NCBI GenBank assembly: GCA_046262595.1
Contig: JBHEMM010000006.1
Span: 1-13,074, forward strand
Source of the DNA: Vulcanimicrobiaceae bacterium
Lineage (GTDB): Bacteria; Vulcanimicrobiota; Vulcanimicrobiia; Vulcanimicrobiales; Vulcanimicrobiaceae
Length of the DNA: 13,074 bases
Direction: 5' to 3'
In this document: positions 6,649-13,074 of the stretch, piece by piece
How positions within the stretch are numbered: the first letter of the stretch is position 1
Layout of the letters: each line of letters begins with the position of its first letter
The notes under the pieces: model-generated
What the model saw: the letters and a program-made list of their open reading frames with translations, nothing else
Databases searched by the model: none
What the model was told of the DNA's origin: nothing
Made by a program: the position numbers and the translations under genes

Positions 6649-9275
6649 TTCTGGAGTGCCGCCTGCATCGTCGCCGGCGTGACCGCGAGCTCGCGCCGCG
6701 CATCGATCTGCGATTGATCGAGCGGTAAATCGAGTCCCGCGAAGCGCAGCAGTTCGGAGGCAACGCCGTCAAAGCTTTGCTCGCGCAGCGGCACATCGCT
6801 CATGAGCATCGCTTTGCTTCGTTCCATGCGAACCGGTGTCACCTTCCCCGAGCGAAGCGCGTTCAGATCCGCAACCGCGAGCCGTTCCGCCGGCAGAATC
6901 TTGCCCGGATCGCTTGCGTAGCCCATTGAAAACGTCGCACGGTTTTTGTTCGAGCTCAAGGACGAATATGCGTTGTAGACGTAACCGTGCTTGACGCGCA
7001 GATCATCCATCAGCAACGATCCGAAGCCGCCGCCGCCGAGCACGCTGTTGGCCACTTGCAATGCCGCCCATTCGGGATCGGCGCGCCGCAAGTTCAGAAC
7101 CTGCGCCAGCTGCACGTCGGATTGCACGCGCCCCTGATCCGGCACGACGACGCTGTCCGCTTTGTTTTTGGGCACTTGCGGCAGCGCGACGTCAGGCTTG
7201 GGGCCTTGCGCTTTCCACTCGCCGAAGTATTTTTCAAAAACGGAGCGCGCTTGCTCCGGCGTGACGTCGCCGATGACGACGACGCTCGTCATGTCGGGGC
7301 GGTACACCGAAGCGTAGTAGCCTTGCACGTCCTGCGCAGTCACCGCTGAAGCGGTTTGCGGCGTCGGGAATTTCTGCAGCGGATCGGCGGGCGGCAGCAG
7401 CGCCTTGTTGAGCGCGACCGTGGTGAGGTGATCGGGCGAGGTCATCTCGCCCGTCAAGCCGCCGACTTCCTGGCTTTTGACCACTTGGAAAGCCTGCGCC
7501 GGAAACGCCGGATGCAGCTCTTCGTCGGCCAATATCTGCACGCCGCGATCGAAGGCGTCGCTGAGCACACGAAGCGAAAAGTCCGTCCCCGCCGTTGCCT
7601 CGGCCGCGATTTGGTCGAGCTGCTCGCGGAGCTGGATGCGGTTATATTGTTTGGTGCCGAACGAAAACAGACCGCCGGTGATATCGTTCACGCCCAGTTT
7701 ATCCGCCGGCGCCTGAACGGCTTCGTTGCTGGCGATGGAGCCGTGCACTTCGATCGTGTGCGTGACGTGTTCCGGCTGCACGATGAGGCGCATGCCGTTG
7801 GAAAGCGTCATCGACACCGGGGCGATCGTTTGCTCCGGTGCGTGCACGTGCGCGAACGCGGCCTGCGCCCAACCCGGCATCGGCTGCGGCTTTTCGGGCG
7901 TGAGCGTGTTGTCTTCTTTGGCCAGACCTTTGCCGCCGCCGTTTACCGCGCCGGAGTTTTTCGGCACCGCGAATGCGGCAATCGATGTCGCGGGATCGAC
8001 ATACTTGCGCATAACGCGGTTGACGTCTGCAACAGTAACGCGTTTGATCGCCGCGAGCTCTTCGTCGGGCGAGCTCTGGCCTTGCGCCGCGACGGCGGTG
8101 CTCCACTCGAAAGCCAAGCCCTGAATCGAGTTGCCGCGGAACTCCGCATCGGCTATCGCGCGCTGTTTCGCGACGGCGACGAGATCGGCCGGTAATCCGG
8201 CGCTGCGGTAGTTCGCTAAAACCGCGCGGAGGTCTGCGGCCGCCGTCTCCGGTTTCGTGGTGACGGGGACAACGGAGATTGCGGCACTGGCCGTTCCGTA
8301 CGCGTGCGCTTGAATGTCTTGGAATCCGGCGTACAGCGCTTTGCCGCTTGCCGCCAACCCGTACAGGTCGCCGCGCTGGTTGTTGAGCACCGATTCCAAA
8401 ATTTGCGCCGCCGCATAATCTTTGTCGGCCCATCCGGGCAAACGGTACGAGAGCGCGACGAGCGTGTAGGGTTGGTCGCTGTCCACCCGGTAGGTCGCGG
8501 CGTGCATGGGCCGAAGCCTCACCTTCGATCGGGGCGGGAGCGGCGCCGCGGGAATGCCGCCGAAGTATTTCTTCACTTTCGCGATGGTCGCGGGTCCGTC
8601 CACGTTGCCCGCAATCACGTACACGGCGTTATTCGGGTGGTACCACGCATTGTAGAACCGGCGCAAACTGGCCGCGCTGATCTGCCGGTTGAACGAGTTG
8701 AGCGTGCCTAAAACGTCGTTCGCATACGGCGTTCCCTTGAAGATGGACGGCAGAATCGTGCGCTCGAACAACTTTGAGAGCGCCACGCTGTCGTCTTGGG
8801 TCACTTCTTGCTTTATGGCGCCGCTCTCGGCGATCCACGCATCCTGCCTGAGCGAGAGGCCGCGCACGCGATCGGCTTCCACGTGCAGCGAAACGTCCAA
8901 ATACTGGGCCGGTGTATCGAAAAAGTACTGCGTGATTTCCGGTTGCGTGTCGGCATCGTAGTCGCCGCCCATGAGTTGCGAGATTTCGAAGAGCTGCGTT
9001 TGCGAGAGATCCTTGGTGCCGCGGAACATCATGTGCTCGAGCGCGTGCGCCTCTCCCGGAAGCTGCTCTTCGTTTCCGCCGGCCTTATAGTTCAGCACCG
9101 CCGAAACCACGGGCGCCAGCGGGTCTTGCACGACGATCACCTGCAAACCGTTTTTAAGCGTCGCGCGTGTGACTTTGAGCGGCTGAACGACGGCGGCAGA
9201 CGCCGGCGAGCCCGGTAAAGCGGCGAGCATGGCGCAAGCGGCAAGGAGGGGCAAGAAACGGTTCGCAGCTATCAT
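6594..9275 (-). CDS. Secreted M16 (pitrilysin/insulinase-family) zinc metallopeptidase, two-halves fused type, ~893 aa
   Basis: Inverted zincin motif HALEH (9033-9047), TLKNGLQVIV, FYNAWYHPNNA, a second half (TLSNGMRLIV...YRPDMTSVVVIGD) lacking HxxEH, and LRVKHGYVY (R/Y substrate pair). Signal peptide MIAANRFLPLLAACAMLAALPGSPASA. Start ATG 9275 preferred over 9305. Confidence 0.93.
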   Translation of the reverse strand: MIAANRFLPLLAACAMLAALPGSPASAAVVQPLKVTRATLKNGLQVIVVQDPLAPVVSAVLNYKAGGNEEQLPGEAHALEHMMFRGTKDLSQTQLFEISQLMGGDYDADTQPEITQYFFDTPAQYLDVSLHVEADRVRGLSLRQDAWIAESGAIKQEVTQDDSVALSKLFERTILPSIFKGTPYANDVLGTLNSFNRQISAASLRRFYNAWYHPNNAVYVIAGNVDGPATIAKVKKYFGGIPAAPLPPRSKVRLRPMHAATYRVDSDQPYTLVALSYRLPGWADKDYAAAQILESVLNNQRGDLYGLAASGKALYAGFQDIQAHAYGTASAAISVVPVTTKPETAAADLRAVLANYRSAGLPADLVAVAKQRAIADAEFRGNSIQGLAFEWSTAVAAQGQSSPDEELAAIKRVTVADVNRVMRKYVDPATSIAAFAVPKNSGAVNGGGKGLAKEDNTLTPEKPQPMPGWAQAAFAHVHAPEQTIAPVSMTLSNGMRLIVQPEHVTHTIEVHGSIASNEAVQAPADKLGVNDITGGLFSFGTKQYNRIQLREQLDQIAAEATAGTDFSLRVLSDAFDRGVQILADEELHPAFPAQAFQVVKSQEVGGLTGEMTSPDHLTTVALNKALLPPADPLQKFPTPQTASAVTAQDVQGYYASVYRPDMTSVVVIGDVTPEQARSVFEKYFGEWKAQGPKPDVALPQVPKNKADSVVVPDQGRVQSDVQLAQVLNLRRADPEWAALQVANSVLGGGGFGSLLMDDLRVKHGYVYNAYSSLSSNKNRATFSMGYASDPGKILPAERLAVADLNALRSGKVTPVRMERSKAMLMSDVPLREQSFDGVASELLRFAGLDLPLDQSQIDARRELAVTPATMQAALQKWIDPQAFVRVVKGPGPQ

Positions 9276-9285
9276 GCTGGGGCAC

Positions 9286-9312
9286 GTTCGCGGCCCTATC
9301 CGCATGGCGCCT
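9286..9312 (-). promoter_or_regulatory. Putative sigma-H-like promoter upstream of the M16 peptidase
   Basis: Minus strand AGGC(9312-9309)-N19-GAAC(9289-9286)-N10-ATG(9275), filling the recG-peptidase gap; no SD at suitable spacing. Confidence 0.4.
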
Positions 9313-9313
9313 T

Positions 9314-11359
9314 CTACGACGAGAGGAGCATCGCTCTCGCACTTGGCGCCCGTTCGAGCATTGCGCGAAGCTGCGCGTGTTCGGGCGCGCGCAGCTGCGG
9401 ATCCGCGGTGACGATCCGGCGCGCGGCCGCCTTGGCCTTCTCGTAAACGCCGATGTCGCGCACCAGGTCCGCAACCCGGAAGCCGGCGTCGCCCGCTTGA
9501 ACCGTTCCGGCGAACTCTCCGGGGCCGCGCAGGCGCAAATCTTCATCCGCAATGGCAAACCCGTCCGTCGACTCTGTCAAAATGTTCAACCGCTCGGACT
9601 CCGCCGCGTCGTCGGGCGCTATGAGAAGGCAGTACGATTTTGCCGCGCCGCGTCCGACGCGGCCGCGCAATTGATGCAGCTGCGCGAGGCCGTAGCGGTG
9701 TGCGTCGAGCACCACCATAACGCTGGCGTTGGCAACGTCCACGCCGACTTCGATTACCGTCGTCGAAACCAGCACGTCGATCTCGCCTTGCGCAAAACGC
9801 TGCATGACCGATTCCTTATCGCGCGCGGGCATCCGTCCGTGCAGCAAGCCCAACCGCAACTGCGGGAAGACCTCGTTCTGCAAACGCTCCGCCTCAGCGG
9901 TGACACTCGTGATGTCGAGTTCCGATTCGTCGATCGCCGGAGCAACGATGTACGCCTGGCGCCGTTGCGCGACGTTTTTCTGAACGAACTCGTACGCCAG
10001 CGGCAGCCGGCTGCGGCGAAGCGCGAATGTTTCGATCGGCGTGCGGCCGGGCGGCAACTCGTCGATGACGCTCACATCCAAGTCGGCGTAGATCGACTGC
10101 GCGAGCGTGCGGGGAATCGGTGTTGCGGTCATATGCAGGGTGTGCGGCGCACGGCCCTTCGCGCGCAGCGCGGCGCGCTGCGCGACGCCGAAGCGGTGCT
10201 GCTCGTCGATGATCGTCAGGCCGAGGCGCGCGAATTCCGTGCTTTCCGTGAGCAGCGCGTGGGTTCCGACCGCAAGCAGCGCTTCACCGGATGCGATGCG
10301 TGAGGTGGCGCTCGCGCGCGATTTACGGCTTTGGCTTCCGAAGACCGCTTCGACGCCGACGCCGAACGGCAGCAGCAGCGGTGCGAGTTTCGCGGCGTGC
10401 TGCGCTGCAAGAATCTCCGTGGGCGCCATCAACGCCGACTGCACGCCGTTTCGCGCGGCCAGCACGATTGCGGCAGCGGCGACCAGCGTCTTGCCGCTGC
10501 CGACGTCGCCTTGCAGCAGGCGGTTCATCGGCGAGTCTTCCGCCAGATCGGCCCAGATTTCCGCGATCACGCGCCGCTGCGCGCCGGTCGGGTGGAACGG
10601 CAGCTGCGCTTCGAACTCCGCAAGGAGCGCAGGCGCAACATTCAACGCATATGCGTCATGCGCCGATTCGCGTAGGCGCCGCTTGAGCTCCGCGCCGAGC
10701 GCAAGCACGAGAAACTCCGTAAAGATGAAGCGCTCGCGCGCCTTTTGGGCAGACGGCAGATCGCGTGGAGCGTGCAGCGCGCCATACGCCTGCGCGAGGG
10801 CCGGAAAACCGTGCGACGCGCGCAGCTCGGGCGGCAGCGGATCGGCTGCCATCGTTTCGAGCAGTTTGGGCAGGTTGCGCCGGACCACCTCATGGATCTT
10901 GCGCGAGGTCAAAGTTTTGCCGGCAGGGTACACCGGCACGATCTCACCGCGATACTCGTCGCCGTCCTCGAGCACTTTGTGCGACCCAACGTTGAGCGCG
11001 GCTCCCGCCGGCGTGTTTTGCACGCGCCCGCGCACGAACAATCGCATGCCTTTCTTAAGCGCCCCAAGCAAGTACGCGCGCCCGAACCATTTTGCGATGA
11101 ACGTGCCCGTCGCGTCCTGCAGCTCCGCTTCGACGATCGCAAGATGACGCGCGCGCCGCTCGCGCACCCAAACGATCGTTCCGACGGCGTTTTGTTCGCC
11201 CTCGGCCGCGCCGAGGTCGCGCGCCGGAGTGGGAAAGCGCAGATCTTCGTAGCGGTGCGGGAAATCGTCGAGCAGATCGTGCGGCGTCGTGATGCCGAGC
11301 TCGGCAAACTTTGCGGCGGTGCCTTTGCCGACGCCGGGCAGATCGGCCAGACGCATCAC
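9314..11359 (-). CDS. recG: ATP-dependent DNA helicase RecG
   Basis: MNRLLQGDVGSGKT (Walker A), MAPTEILAAQH, IIDEQHRFG, MTATPIPRTL, STTVIEVGVDV, GLAQLHQLRGRVGRG and DGFAIADEDLRLRGPGE; N-terminal wedge region. Start is GTG 11359 or ATG 11356, both overlapping the hisIE TGA. Confidence 0.98.
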   Translation of the reverse strand: MMRLADLPGVGKGTAAKFAELGITTPHDLLDDFPHRYEDLRFPTPARDLGAAEGEQNAVGTIVWVRERRARHLAIVEAELQDATGTFIAKWFGRAYLLGALKKGMRLFVRGRVQNTPAGAALNVGSHKVLEDGDEYRGEIVPVYPAGKTLTSRKIHEVVRRNLPKLLETMAADPLPPELRASHGFPALAQAYGALHAPRDLPSAQKARERFIFTEFLVLALGAELKRRLRESAHDAYALNVAPALLAEFEAQLPFHPTGAQRRVIAEIWADLAEDSPMNRLLQGDVGSGKTLVAAAAIVLAARNGVQSALMAPTEILAAQHAAKLAPLLLPFGVGVEAVFGSQSRKSRASATSRIASGEALLAVGTHALLTESTEFARLGLTIIDEQHRFGVAQRAALRAKGRAPHTLHMTATPIPRTLAQSIYADLDVSVIDELPPGRTPIETFALRRSRLPLAYEFVQKNVAQRRQAYIVAPAIDESELDITSVTAEAERLQNEVFPQLRLGLLHGRMPARDKESVMQRFAQGEIDVLVSTTVIEVGVDVANASVMVVLDAHRYGLAQLHQLRGRVGRGAAKSYCLLIAPDDAAESERLNILTESTDGFAIADEDLRLRGPGEFAGTVQAGDAGFRVADLVRDIGVYEKAKAAARRIVTADPQLRAPEHAQLRAMLERAPSARAMLLSS

Positions 11360-11982
11360 TTCGCGCGCGATAACAGCTCCGCGCCGACCTCATCGAGCGT
11401 TACGCCGGCGTGTTCGAGCAGCACCATGAGGTGAAAAAGCAAATCGGCAGATTCCCACACCAATTCGGAATGTGAGCCGTTCTTTGCGGCGATGATCACT
11501 TCGGTTGCTTCTTCGCCGATTTTCTTCGCAATGGCGTCGACACCGCCCGCGTAGAGATTTGCGACGTAACTTTGCGCCGGATTCGCAGTTTTTCTTTCGC
11601 GCAGCGTCTGCTGCAGGTGTTGAATGGCTTGCATCGCCGGTGCCATCACGGGTCCGGCGCCATCGCAAAGCAGTTCGTTGTGAAAGCAGCTCGCCGCGCC
11701 CGTGTGACAAGCGGGGCCCGACGGAATCACGCGATAGAGGAGCGCATCGCCGTCGCAGTCGTAGGCGACGGAAAGAACTTGCTGGGTATTGCCCGACGTC
11801 GCACCTTTGTGCCAAAGTTCGTTGCGCGAGCGGCTGTAGAAGTAGGCGCTGCGCTCGGCGATGGTTCGTTCCAGCGCCTCGCGGTTGGCGTACGCAAGCG
11901 TTAGGACCGTGCCGCTGCGGGCGTCGGTCACGACGACGGGCAGCAGGCCGCCGGCATTCCAGTCGAGCGCGTTTAAGTCCAT
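11356..11982 (-). CDS. hisIE: Bifunctional phosphoribosyl-AMP cyclohydrolase / phosphoribosyl-ATP pyrophosphatase
   Basis: HisI motifs [25 protein letters not shown] and [10 protein letters not shown]; HisE motifs [15 protein letters not shown] and [13 protein letters not shown]. Confidence 0.97.
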   Translation of the reverse strand: MDLNALDWNAGGLLPVVVTDARSGTVLTLAYANREALERTIAERSAYFYSRSRNELWHKGATSGNTQQVLSVAYDCDGDALLYRVIPSGPACHTGAASCFHNELLCDGAGPVMAPAMQAIQHLQQTLRERKTANPAQSYVANLYAGGVDAIAKKIGEEATEVIIAAKNGSHSELVWESADLLFHLMVLLEHAGVTLDEVGAELLSRAK

Positions 11983-12743
11983 GGCCGCACAGCTATGCCG
12001 CGCTTAAGCAGCGCTTCCTTTAAATCCGGAATCGTAAGTTCTCCGAAGTGAAACAGTGAGGCCGCAAGCGCCGCGTCGGCGTCCGCCTGTTCGAACACCG
12101 CAGCGAAGTCCTCGATGCTGCCCGCGCCGCCAGATGCGATGACCGGAAGAACGACCGCGTCACGCACGGCGCGCGTGAGCGCGATATCGAAGCCCGACTT
12201 CGTGCCGTCGCGGTCCATGCTGGTGAGCAAAATTTCGCCGGCGCCCAGCGCCGCGGCTTGTTGCGCCCATGTCAGAACGGCCAGGCCGGTGCCGGTGCGG
12301 CCGCCGTCAATCAGCACTTCCCAGCCGCCCGCGTCCGCGTTTTTACGCGCGTCGATGGCGAGCACGATGCATTGGCTGCCGAACTCCGCCGCCGCCTGCG
12401 ACAAGAGCTGCGGTGAACGTACCGCAGCGCTGTTGAGCGAAACTTTATCGCAGCCGGCGCGCAACAGTGCCCGCACGTCCTGCAGGCTGTTCACCCCGCC
12501 GCCCACGCTGAACGGCATGGTAAGCTCCGCCGCGACGGCGCGCACCACCTCGCGCGTGGCGGCACGCGCTTCGAGCGTCGCGGTGATGTCCAAAAACACG
12601 AGCTCGTCGGCACCTGATGCTTCGTACGCCCGCGCGAGCTCCACCGGGTCGCCCGCATCGCGCAGTTGAACGAAGCGCACGCCTTTGACGACGCGTCCGT
12701 CTTTGATGTCCAAGCAGGGGATAATGCGGCGCACCAACGTCAC
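11973..12743 (-). CDS. hisF: Imidazole glycerol phosphate synthase cyclase subunit
   Basis: [58 protein letters not shown] and [11 protein letters not shown] start overlaps the panE TGA (GTGA). Confidence 0.98.
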   Translation of the reverse strand: MTLVRRIIPCLDIKDGRVVKGVRFVQLRDAGDPVELARAYEASGADELVFLDITATLEARAATREVVRAVAAELTMPFSVGGGVNSLQDVRALLRAGCDKVSLNSAAVRSPQLLSQAAAEFGSQCIVLAIDARKNADAGGWEVLIDGGRTGTGLAVLTWAQQAAALGAGEILLTSMDRDGTKSGFDIALTRAVRDAVVLPVIASGGAGSIEDFAAVFEQADADAALAASLFHFGELTIPDLKEALLKRGIAVRPWT

Positions 12744-13074
12744 TGCAGCACCGCGCGTTCGAGCGCTTTCGTGAGCGCATACGTCGTCGCGAGCATTGGA
12801 ACGCGCACATCATACCGCAGCGCGAGTTCGACGACTGCACCCAAAATCGGTTCAAGCTCGAGCGGTTTGCGCGCCTCGAGATCCTGCAGCATTGAGGTTT
12901 TGACGTCGGCCAAGTGATCGGCCCACCTCAAGCGCTCCGCGGCATCCGTTTGCGGGTCAACGCCGGCCGCTTTCGCCACGTCGATGCCCTCCGCGATGAG
13001 GCGGTGCAGAATCTCGTGCGTCTGCGGATCGCGGAGCATCGTGTGCATGGTCGCACGCGTGAGCGCGCTCACGG
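12740..13074 (-). CDS. panE: 2-dehydropantoate 2-reductase (ketopantoate reductase family), C-terminal part; 5' end beyond window
   Basis: ApbA/PanE C-terminal domain motifs VSALTRAT...[10 protein letters not shown]...[23 protein letters not shown]...P; frame is open to the window edge. Confidence 0.88.
   Translation of the reverse strand, partial: VSALTRATMHTMLRDPQTHEILHRLIAEGIDVAKAAGVDPQTDAAERLRWADHLADVKTSMLQDLEARKPLELEPILGAVVELALRYDVRVPMLATTYALTKALERAVLQ

Noticed and set aside
7356..11434. Plus-strand ORFs antisense to the peptidase and recG (e.g. 7356..8195, 9377..10303, 10107..11147, 10745..11434)
   Set aside because: No recognisable motifs; explained by stop-codon scarcity opposite GC-biased genes.
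13058..13073. Perfect 16-bp palindrome CGTGAGCGCGCTCACG
   Set aside because: Single copy inside panE coding sequence (VSALT), GC-rich and without a U-tract; most likely chance.
1..13074. CRISPR arrays, IS elements, tRNA/rRNA, prophage or defence genes
   Set aside because: Coding density is near total (largest gap about 49 bp). I saw no direct-repeat arrays, transposase or integrase motifs, or RNA gene signatures.

Overview
GC-rich (roughly 60-65% by eye), gene-dense bacterial core-genome region with 13 CDSs. I found no RNA genes, mobile elements or CRISPR arrays. The left part holds a 5'-truncated enoyl-CoA hydratase and an unknown secreted protein (+), converging on a thiolase-TlpA pair (-). 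The thiolase is divergent from a Crp/Fnr-family regulator with an unusual N-terminal DUF2249-like domain (+). The right part is a tightly packed minus-strand run: panE (partial), hisF, hisIE, recG, secreted M16 peptidase, HAD hydrolase, rsmD, coaD and a SepIVA/DivIVA-like coiled-coil gene. Most interesting: (1) the DUF2249-Crp fusion with non-canonical ligand pocket and recognition helix; (2) a recurring AGG(C/G)-N18/19-GAA(C/A) motif 8-11 nt before three SD-less start codons, resembling a sigma-H-type promoter driving leaderless or short-leader mRNAs; (3) two genes lying inside the usually contiguous recG-rsmD-coaD block. Gene order suggests a Terrabacteria-type organism, possibly Eremiobacterota/Vulcanimicrobiota (impression only). 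All family calls come from remembered motifs, not database searches.
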